Positions 52,345-64,000 of a stretch of DNA of 64,000 bases are shown here, piece after piece. Positions within the stretch are counted from its first letter, which is position 1. Each line of letters opens with the position of its first letter. Location: the NCBI GenBank assembly GCA_964270895.1, contig OZ185436.1; one strand, 5' to 3'. Position numbers and translations under genes: made by a program. The notes beneath the pieces were generated by a model. It saw only the letters and a program-made list of their open reading frames with translations, did no database searches and had not been told where the DNA came from. The DNA is from Podarcis filfolensis. Lineage: Eukaryota.

Positions 52345-53130
52345 TGTAGAGTCACAGGTAAGGGACTGCTACTCTGTTGGTTCTCCTGAATCTCTCAGCA
52401 GCTTTCAGTACTGTTGACCATTGTATCCTTCTGGATCATTTCTCAGGGTTAGGCTTAAGAGACAGTTTTACAGTGGTTCTCATCCTTTCTGGAGGTATAG
52501 TTCCAGAAGGTGGTCCTGGAGAACTTCTGCTGTACCCCATGGCTGTTGGTTTAAGGGTCCATTTTGTCCCACTTCAGCTTGACACCTACATGAAATTGTT
52601 GGGGGAGGTCCTCTGAGAGTTTGGGCTACAGTGTCATCGGTATGCAAATTATGTCCGGTTCTACCTCTTATTTCCATCTTCTGATCCTAGGGAGGCTGTT
52701 GAAATTCTTAACTGGTATTTGGAGGTGATTCTGGGGTGGCTGAGGGTGAACAAAGCTCAGGCTAAATCCAGATAAGACAGAGGTACCATAGGTAGGGCGG
52801 TTCTCCAGAAGGTGGTTTACAACTGGTTCTTGATGGAGTTGCATTGCTAAGTGCGCAGGTTGAGCACTGTTGTGGCCTTAGCCCTGGCTGGGAAAGCTCA
52901 GGTGGCAGTGGTGTCCAGGAATATGCTTTACCAGCTAGACTGGTATGCCAGCTTGCAGTTCTAGCTGGACAGACTGGGCCATGGCTGACTTATTCATGCT
53001 CTAGTCATATCTGGGTTTGACTGCTGCCGTGTTTGTGAAGATGTCATTAAAGCCTATTCAGAAACTTCAGCTGGTCCAGAATGTGACTGACTGAGTTCTG
53101 TTAAGAGCTGGGCGATTGGCACACAAAACA
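52345..53130 (+). mobile_element. Decayed L2-clade LINE reverse-transcriptase fragment
   Basis: VLLNLSAAFSTVDHCILLD (LDLSAAFDTVDH motif), frameshifted downstream. Further L2-like 3' pieces near 54040-54300. Confidence 0.8.
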
Positions 53131-53635
53131 CCATTACTGTACCAGCAGTACTGGTTACTGATGCATTTCCGAGCCCAGTTAAAGTGCTGGTTATATCCTT
53201 TATGTTGATTACAACCATTAAACAGAAGTACAAAATAAAAAGTAGTACAAAATTAATATAGTAGAACCAATTATGCGTTATTAAAACTGACAAGCTAAGA
53301 ACTAACCATCTTTACAAATCTAAGAAATATTACATTCAGATATATTGCCAGCTGTTCAGTAATTGATTTATTAGACCATTTAAAGAAGATTCTCAAAAGG
53401 GTCCATAAGATCGACTAGGAAACTGTCTCTTAAGGAGCTAAATTATGCTTTCGATAACTCCTTGATAACATCTATAGTAGAAGAACCCATGATAGACTGT
53501 TTCCAAAGGACTGAACCTATCCTTCAAGGGACCATTGGCAAATCTCGTGCCTAGGATCTTAAGAGGGTAAACAGTGCCAGCAAAACTGTTCTTCTGTATT
53601 TTGATAGTTAGAAAGTTTAGATAAGGAGTTGTGAT

Positions 53636-53979
53636 CAGTGTTCGAAATTCACCAGGCGCCAGGGACATTTTGTACCTGGCTGTTGGCCACTTGCATCCAA
53701 GTGAAGATGCCCAGGTGCCAGGATGGCACCTGATGTTTCCACCATCTGGAGGTGCATGTCTGGGGATCGGATCCTTGGATCTTGACTTTTCACACACTAG
53801 CAACACGTTCTGTAGAATTCTATTTGTTTATTCCATCTGCACAATCAGAATGAATTTCAGGAACCAAAAAGTGATATTTAAAAATATGGCTCTGAAGCTG
53901 TCTGACCCGCAAATGGCAACTAACCCTGGTTTAAGGAGCCATTTGACACCTAGCTTAAATATCTGAGTTTCTAACACTG
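53636..53979. mobile_element. hAT-type MITE with perfect 8-bp TSD
   Basis: CAGTGTTCGAAAT...GTTTCTAACACTG, flanked by GTTGTGAT on both sides. Confidence 0.88.
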
Positions 53980-55199
53980 GTTGTGATCTTTAAAACCTTA
54001 AATGGTTTGTATCCCATATATTTGAAAGTCTGCCTACACCTGTACCAACCTTCTCACTATTTGAGTTCAACAGTGGAGGCCCTTCTTGTTTGCCCCACAC
54101 CAATAATAATTACATTGGTTAGTATGAGAGAGCGACAGAGAGCACATTTTCCATTGTAGCCCCACAGCTTTGGAATCTTTTCCAGTTGGGTTCCACCAGA
54201 CTATTAACACTGTGCAGACCTTTTGGAAAGATCTGAAAACCTGTCCCTTTTCAGTGGCTTTTAGTTGAAAGAGTTTTATTGAGCTTTGCTACTATGTTGG
54301 CTGTTGGTTTTGTTGGTTACTGGTTTGTTTTAATATATAATTATATATTAGTATTTATGTTAGTGTTTCTATTGGAAGCCTCCTTCCAATAGGAGCTTTT
54401 ACTCTTTTGAGAAAGAGAGTTTACTCTTGAAAGAGGTACGTTAATATAGTAATACAGTGAAATTATATGTGTGTGTGTGTGTAGGAGCATATCCTTAAAA
54501 GGTTAAATGTGAATTTTAAGACTGTTTTTTATTAAATAAAACAGTTTATTACTAGGTGGCTATTCACCTAGCCTGACAGAGATGTAATTTTCATGTGACA
54601 TAAGTGTTCTTTCTGTATGCAGTGGCATCCAAATAGCACTGCTACTCCACTGTTAGTGTCATGGACCAGTTTTTCATTAACCCAGTAAGAACCCTGAATT
54701 AATCTGGGTGGATAAGGTAGGGTGTATGAAAAGGGAGCAATTTTGAGCTGTGTTCTAAGGGTGAGGTCAGAGATTATTAATCTAAAGCCATTTTCCTTTT
54801 CAACTTGAAGTTCCCCACCCTGTTCCAGGAATATTCTAGCCCCCAGCCAAACCTGCCACCATCATTTTTTCTTCAGATAGGCTTTTTCTCTTTAAAAACA
54901 ATCCTATTGCTACATCTCTTGTAGCATCCGTAGCTATTTAGGCAATTAGTTGGCATATATCAGACTGTTGCGTAGGAAGTCTGGCTGAGGGTAGGAGGAC
55001 AACACGTTCTTTCAAATTGGCAGTCTGTCACTTAGATGGTTTTCCTTTGGCGTAGACCTCAAAATGAATGTAGCTCATGCCAGAAGAGCAATTTGAGCAT
55101 TGAAAGTCTAGCTATCATTGTCGGATTTAAATGCTCAGATGCACTTTGCCTGTTTCCTAACCTCACATATTTGGTGGCGACTATTTCTATGTTCTCTAG

Positions 55200-55379
<180 letters not shown>

Positions 55380-56588
55380 TGAGAAGGATGTGCTCTTGTT
55401 GAATATTGCACATGTGGTGGAGTTGCCCTCCTTATCCAGGCAGCATCGGAAGTAAAGAATGGTTTGACAGACTTGGCCAAATTGCAAAACTGTCATGTAA
55501 AGGAATGTTTATTGTAAAGTGGCATTCTTTACTTTTGGAAGTGTGATTGTTACACTGATAGCTGTATACTGTATATAATGTAATTGTTATTGTAAATACA
55601 TTTTATGTTTGTATGCAGTCCTTATAGTAGTAATCTTCTTCTTCTTTGGCGATCACTTGTAGCTGAGTAAGATAGTAATAATAAAACCTAACTGACCAAA
55701 AACCTCACAAACAAATCATTGACTAAGCAGCATAATGGCTTAGTTCAGACATGTATCAAATAGGCCATGATTTATTAGACTTTGGGGCCCAGTGCTTGTG
55801 CCCACATCCTCCTTCCTCTATCGCACCTTCTTCCTTTCTTGCATCAGAATATTTGCAGGGTTAATTAAACCACAGTTTCCAGTTATAACTGAATCTCTGC
55901 CTGTAAACCAAAATATGAAGGCCTAATCTGATGTTGGTTTCATGTCCTGATTTGTAATTGATTAAACTGCACTTTTCATGTTCAGATGTAATTGGAAACT
56001 GGCTTAATAAACCCTGGCAGTATTGAATTCCAGAGTGATGGGGAGGAAGCATGTGGGCACAAGGCTCATTCTTGGCCAGATAGATAGATAAATCTGTCCT
56101 AACCAGTCCTGTGTCTCCAGTAATTCAGTTCCAATTAGAGATGGAAATGTAAAAGGCAATAAAATGTTGCCTATTCTGCCAACCCATTATTTGAGGTCTG
56201 TGGGAAAAGCCCTGTTGCTGGTCCCTCCAGTGAATCTGGCCAATGGAATGGCGATTTGTGAAAGGACCTTTTTCATAGCAGTGCACCAATTGTGTAACTA
56301 CTTCTGTGGACAAGTGCATCTGTCCCATGCATTGTTGGCATTTAAATGCAGACTAAAGTTATATATATTGCTGAGGCCCTTGGCACATGAATGCCTACTG
56401 CAATCTCGGTTGCTGGCTTCTGCATATGATTTTTAATGAGGTGTTGTATATGTTATTTTAAGTCAGAAATTAAAATTGACATAAATGTTGATTTTTGGCT
56501 TGTTTACATTGCAAAACTGTTCCTTGGTACCCAGAAAAAACTGCAATTAAGCTAACAGAATGCATTGATGTTCACTTATTGGAGGTAA

Positions 56589-56747
<159 letters not shown>

Positions 56748-57912
56748 TGATTATTGAAAGCTGAAGCATCACAGTCCATGACTGTTTATTTATTAGGCAC
56801 AGAGTTCTGGGACTTAATACCTGTAAGGGATGCTCTTGATGTTAGCTGGTCTACCAAGAAATTCTTGAATGTTTGCCACTGACCTCTGTGCATTTATAGA
56901 TCCTGCATAATGTTCTAGGGTATACACGAGTTCACCCATTGCCCTTGCCAGACCCCTTTGGCCTCATTGTTGCCCTATGCAAACAAAGTGCTTTACTGAA
57001 AGTGCTCCCCTGTAGCTGCATAGTGGCAGGGAAAGTTAACAGGAGCAGTTGAGCAGTTTTTCAGAGAAATGTATCCATAATTTGTTGATCTACCTCCTTG
57101 AGGGAACACCTGATATGGTCCTAGAAATTCCTGAATTCCCCAGATCACCGTTTGTGTTAGCCTAGCACAATGACTTTGAATCTTCTCAACTGTTAGTTCA
57201 TTATTTTTTTTAGGCCAGTTTTTCCTCTGCAGCCCTCGTAATATCTGCATTTTGCCTTCTTTTGTAAATGTAGGGAGTGCCAGATCTTAAAGCTTTTGTC
57301 CGCTTCTTAATAAGATCTTTTTTAAAAAGGGAAGATAAGGATTTTTAGCACTTGCATCCTAAGCTTTCTTGTGTCTCAGTGACTTCTTTCTACTGCAGTA
57401 ACATATCCATGGCCAGAGGCAGCCTTAGGAAATACAGGCTCCAGTACAGAGAGAAAGGTATTTGGTTCTTAACACCAACATACTCCTTTGCTTCAGGCCT
57501 AGTCAAACATAGTATGGCCCTAGCTATGCTTCCTGAGACCAATGTTTCTGTTGTATTGTGCTACCACTGCAGGCAGTGTCTGTAAAAACCTCAAAATGTT
57601 CATAGGCTAGAACATATAGTTGGTCCTCTCTACTTTGTATGCTTTTTGGTTGTGTTCCTCTTATATACACCAATTGTCTACTAACTGTGTGTCATTTTGT
57701 TACCACACCTCCACTTGCCAAAAATACTAAGCTTGCAGAGAACTTAAGAGTTCACAGGCAAAATAAGCACATTTGTGTATTTATTGGCACAAGAGCCCTG
57801 AGCATAATGCTTCTCTGCTGTCTGGCCAAGTTGCAGCAAGTCTAGAAGAACCATCTCTGTGTTGGAAGGCACAGGTTTGGGCCAGTTGAAGGGGATGGTG
57901 TTTGATTCTTAG

Positions 57913-58116
<204 letters not shown>

Positions 58117-58370
58117 TAAAATGCTGCCTTGCCTTTGTTTGTTTCAGCCACTAGACTCTAAATGATATATCTAGAAGTGCCACCAAGTCTGCCAGAAGGT
58201 GATGGGAGCTGATTTGGGATTTCATCTCTTGATAGCATTCCATGTTAGTGGATCAATACTGTGACTGAGTAGGCATAATTATGCCACTTGTTCGGTAGAG
58301 GGTTTCCTTCATGAATTGATGCCGCTGACCTGGCATGTCACAGCAAAATGCTGCTGTATTTTGCTGGTAA

Positions 58371-58577
<207 letters not shown>

Positions 58578-59817
58578 TGAGTAGCTTTGCCTCTGCAGTA
58601 CTAGCATTCTAAGTTGCATGTTATGAAGCCCAGTTTTACTTTGCTTCCTGGTTGACTTAAGTCATGGCTAGGGGCTGCCACCCCTGTTTGCTCCATTCAC
58701 CAACCCTTTTGTTGATCCTCCACCAATCCAATTCCTCCTTTCCTTTAAACCTGACCAATCTCCATCCCTTTAAACCTCACCCATCCCCTGAGCCCCACCC
58801 CCTTTTAAGGGAAGGGGAGATGCTTTAGAAAACTATTCTGAAGCACCTTCCCCACTTCGTTAAATAGCTCGCCTGGGCCACCTGCCACCCATGCTGCTTG
58901 CCTGCTTGATGTTCTTTCACCATGCTGGCTGCCATGCAAAATGCAGCATGACAGCAGCCTTACATTTTTATGTAAATTGTACCTTTGTACATGTATATTG
59001 TACATTTTTATGTACAATAGGGCAGTGAGACTCCCAGATATCTTAGACTTACTAGATTTGAAGGGGCTTGGGCATCTGCATGTCCATTCTCCCTGCACAT
59101 GGTATTATTGCATGTTTCTTCGGCTGTAGCTTTGTGCAAAAACAAATTAAGGCAAAAGCTGGCATGTTGCTAAGCTAGTTTTGCTCAGCTCAGCTTAGCT
59201 TTATCTTTATTTTCATATTTTAAGCATATATGCTTATAGTCTATCTAGTGAATCTAGTACAGGGCTCTTCCAAGTTAGAGGTGTGGAGCCCTTCAACATT
59301 CCTTCAATTCTGTTTTTTCTGCACTTCATCATTACTGCAAAGTTGGGGAGAATTGCCAGATACGTGCAGTATGACTGAACATTCGGAGCTGGGACAGAAA
59401 GGGATTTTTAAAATGGAAGAGTTCAAGGGAAAGGTGGCTGCTATGGAGTTGCTGTGCATACATGTTGCGTGCCCAGAGTACCTGTTTCTCTTTCCAACTT
59501 GGCAGCAGAGAATAGCATTTTGTGCTAGCCACAACCTTGTGGGCGTGGGATTGCATGGGTTATAAATTACTGCTGGACTTTTCTATCTGGCAGTAGTGGC
59601 ACTTACACTAAGCAGTGTGTAAACGCTTGCTGCAAGGAAATCTGCATTGTAGAGGGCATTATCTGAACAGAAGCTACTGAAATTCCACCTCCACATGCAC
59701 AATGACATTACTGCTCCTATTTGCCAATGATTAACTTCAGCACCTACTGTGGTCTATGTCATTCTTGCCCCAGGACCCAGTTGGTGAATCACTTTTTCTC
59801 CTCCTTCTCCTTAACAG

Positions 59818-59878
59818 ATTGATTCCAATTTTGGTGAATGGAATGAAGTATTCTGAAATTGACATCATATTGTTAAAG
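59818..59878 (+). CDS. TNPO2: TNPO2 coding exon 9 (LIPILVNGMKYSEIDIILLK)
   Basis: 61 nt, AG/GT boundaries. Confidence 0.96.
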
Positions 59879-60602
59879 GTATTTGTTTCCAAACTTAGGA
59901 TTTAATATAATATATATTTCCGCCTTCTTCTGGGTTTTACATTCCTCAGCCGCAACCTCTTTACTGAGCATAACAAATGAAAAGGATTTGTTGTATCCTT
60001 TTCATTTGTTGTAACATCTAGAATCTAGAACATCTAGATGTGTTGTAACATCTAGAATCTCATTCCTCTTTACCCCACTCTTGCTGCTGACCATCCTTAC
60101 AGGCACAGTGCATGGCACTATGGTTGGCAAATCTTCCACAACAAGGAAACTTTGCCCTTTCTTTCAGTTCTGAAGCCTCATTCCATAAGGCTGTAAATTA
60201 TTCCTTGTCCTATTCCTAAAATTGAGCATACCAAGAGACTGCCCATCCCCTTCATATGTAGTTGGCATTTTAAATGTACTACTTCTGTTCTACTGAAGCT
60301 GGGTCTGTGGTGCTGGGGGCTTTCACTGGAACTCCTGCAAGTTCCATCATGAGCCGCACCTATATGCTAACTGAATAGCTATGTCTTTATAAGAAAAGTT
60401 CTTCCTAAGATTACAGACTAGGGTTATGGGCTTGATCAGCTGAGTTAAAACACTTTTTCTGAGTTTCTTGGCTGCAAAAACCCCCTGGTGACTTTAACTA
60501 TGTTTTGCCCCATTTAGTATAAGTCAGGGCCAGTCTAACTTTTCAAGCAAAATTTATACATGCTTGCACCCTCCCAAGTCAGTGGCCAAGCACATGCATT
60601 CT

Positions 60603-60669
60603 TGGAAATGATGCATAACCTTCAGCCTGACAACTGTGATGGGTTGTTGTATTCGTCCTGTCTGATCCA
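60603..60669 (+). ncRNA. SNORD41-like C/D-box snoRNA paralogue with a variant guide
   Basis: C box ATGATGC 60608-14, D' CTGA 60627-30, C' GTGATGG 60636-42, guide TGTATTCGTCCTG, D box CTGA 60662-65, terminal stem TGGA/TCCA extendable to about 13 bp. Confidence 0.75.
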
Positions 60670-60862
60670 TGGATGCATGATGTGAAGAGTCCCAAGAAGA
60701 CTGGAGGGTTACCGTTCTTTGCCAGGGTTTATTTCGGCATTAAGTAACAACCTATCCCACCAAGAACAAGAAATACTGTACTGTTTTGCAAGAGCTCATT
60801 TCCCTGGCAGACGAGACTCAGTATTAAATGGGCTTCCATGTGCTCCCTCTACTCAATTTCAG

Positions 60863-61031
60863 GGTGATGTGGAAGAGGATGAAGCCATCCCTGACAGTGA
60901 GCAGGATATCAAGCCTCGTTTCCACAAATCACGCACGGTTACCCTGCAGCATGAGGAGGAACGGCTACAAGATGACGAAGATGGAGAGGATGAGGATGAT
61001 GACGATGACACGCTATCTGACTGGAATCTGA
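60863..61031 (+). CDS. TNPO2: TNPO2 coding exon 10, acidic H8 loop ([24 protein letters not shown]...[12 protein letters not shown])
   Basis: 169 nt, AG/GT boundaries. Confidence 0.96.
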
Positions 61032-61708
61032 GTGAGTAGGGGAAGAGTTGTGCAGTGCTATTGAGATGGGAAAGTGCCAACTATGAGGGTGCCAGGAGCC
61101 AGTAGAGTGGAGCACTGGGCATTTAACTGACTTGATACCATTCCTTTTCATTTGTGATGGTATGGGGCAAATGCCTCTGAGTACCAATTGCTGGGAATCG
61201 CAGGTGGGCAAAGTGTTTATGTCCTGCTTGTAGGCTGTCCTCAAGCATCTGGTTGGCCACTGTGAGAACAGGATGTTGGACAAGATGGGCCATTGGCCTG
61301 ATTCTTTAGACTCTTACGTGGGAAGAAGATACACGCCGAAGGAGCTTATTCAATGGCCCAATTTTATTTCTTGTTAAAAAGATAGTTCTTGTTTAATAGA
61401 GTTGCTGGAGTTGCACAGCTTGGGGTTTTCTTACCCCTAAAAGATACTTTCTGCCTTGCATGTTTATCCTAAAGCAAGTGCTTTTTTCCTGCTTGTCTCT
61501 TCCTTAAAAGACTCTTTGTTCCCACAGAGTTTACTCTGTGCAATGCATAGGGAGTCACTTTATGCTGGAGAGCGGGCTCAAATAGCAGCCAAGGCTCCAC
61601 ACACCAGATTTGTCAGTCATCTCTGCCTTATGACCATCTGTAGCATAAGGAGGAAGGAAATCCAGCTGGGAGCTCCTGAGTGGAACCAATTGTGCCCCAA
61701 AGCAGTGA

Positions 61709-62047
<339 letters not shown>

Positions 62048-62148
62048 TAAACTAGGGGTTTGCATTTGCAAGAAGGGAAAGGCATTGGCACCAACTTCAT
62101 GTGAACAAGAATTTGGCAGCCCTCTGATATGCCTAGAAAGTATGCTGA

Positions 62149-62397
<249 letters not shown>

Positions 62398-62789
62398 TAA
62401 CCCGTTCATGGCATCACTTCACTTGATGCACATTTGAACAAGTGTGTTTATCAAAACAGTGTAAGCTCAGAGGGCCTGAATATACTTCTCTTCTGATGGT
62501 TCCTTGTAATCTATAGCCATTTCTGCTTGAATGTAGAAGTGTTTCCCAGGATGCTTTTGCAGAGTCTTGGTCCATTATGGTTAAGCATTTGAGTTGGGCA
62601 AAACCAAACACAGAAGCTATGACTATCTAGATCAGGTATAATGTGCAAAAATTTAAGAGTACCTTAAAATTGATACACATCTTGAGGCCTTCTTCCTAAC
62701 TTAGAACCAGACTAGATTCTAGAGTATCTCTGAGCCACACATCTACTCTTCTTAGATTCATCGTCTCTCCTGCACCCTTCAGGTTTTCT

Positions 62790-62860
62790 CTGGATGTGAT
62801 GAAGAACTTGAAATTTGAGCTCTGCTGTGATAGTTCATATATTCGTACTGTCTGACCCAG
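62790..62860 (+). ncRNA. SNORD41: SNORD41 (U41) C/D-box snoRNA
   Basis: C box GTGATGA 62796-802, guide TATTCGTACTG, D box CTGA 62852-55, 9-bp stem TTTCTCTGG/CCAGAGAAA. The guide complements 28S CAGUACGAAUA (recalled), and human SNORD41 is also hosted by TNPO2. Confidence 0.88.
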
Positions 62861-62951
62861 AGAAATTCCCTTATACTTCAGATCAAAGAGTGGCATAGGG
62901 TTATAGTTGACTCTTGTGCAGTGAAACTGATCTCTTAAGTGCCCAGGATAG

Positions 62952-63275
<324 letters not shown>

Positions 63276-64000
63276 TAATCACCATGGCTGGTTGTGTCCT
63301 CTTACCTCTTCTCATTGGGGTGAAATACTGGCAGCATAAACTAATTATTGAATGCAGGGCAGTCCAAATACATGAATGTTTTTCCTTCATTAGTGTGATG
63401 AACAAAACCCACTGTAGTTTAACTACATGTACACCACATGTAATCCCCCTCCTTGATAAACCTTGATTGGTGGTACATTCAGAGACCTGAAGCAAAAAAG
63501 GTCTCCTATTCCAAGAGTTAGTATAAGAATCTAATTGACTGTCAAACCTGTTTCCTTGGTGCTAAGATATTGCAGGTGAAAGGTCTAGAGAAGGGAAGCC
63601 CAGAAATGTTTATTTCACTGTTATTGAGGCTGTGTGTGTACTACTTTATATTTAAAGTTCTTTTTTTTTTTTACAATCAATCAGTATATAAATTGGGTCA
63701 TTTTATAAATTAAAATTATTACTGACAGGAAGAGCATAATGAAAGGACAGTGTCCTGTAGTTGATAAAGTGAGGGACTGGGGTTCATATCCTCACTCAGC
63801 CGCCAAAGCTCACTGGATGAACCTGGCCACTCTTTGAGAGTTTTTGTGAAAATAAAATGGAGAGGGAAGAACCATATAGGCTGCCTTTTGCCCCTTGGAG
63901 GAAAGTCAGGAATACAGCTCAGCAGAAAAGCATTCTTTCTATGCAGACAATCCCACACTCAATCTTGGAAATCTCAAATTAAAGGATATCTGGTGGCGAG

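Noticed and set aside
59806-59817. CTCCTTAACAG resembling a U12 branch site (also AACCTTAAT near 63042)
   Set aside because: The motifs are too close to the AG, and the matching donors are U2-type (GTGAGT, GTAACC).

Overview
Vertebrate genomic DNA from a squamate reptile. Sauria SINEs, Squam3-like SINEs and a Bov-B/RTE tail point to a lizard; lacertid is likely but is inference. No prokaryotic systems, CRISPR arrays, rRNA or tRNA genes were seen. Four spliced protein genes were assembled by hand, all in consistent reading frame: GET3/ASNA1 (minus, 7 exons, 349 aa, complete), TRIR/C19orf43 (plus, 3 exons, 146 aa, complete), an intact RNF11 paralogue (minus, 3 exons, 157 aa) lying between TRIR and TNPO2 where human 19p13.13 has no such gene, and TNPO2 (plus, 13 coding exons, 557 codons, running off the right edge). 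TNPO2 introns hold a canonical SNORD41, a second SNORD41-like copy whose guide is changed exactly at the methylation-specifying base, and a weaker third C/D-box candidate. Splicing oddities are a U12-type intron in TNPO2, a GC-AG intron in GET3, and a candidate poison/micro-exon plus hairpin in TRIR intron 1. The left 17 kb has no recognisable coding sequence and is rich in nested transposons (Tigger-like and hAT MITEs, SINEs, a probable solo LTR). Gene and family names come from recalled sequences; no database searches were run.
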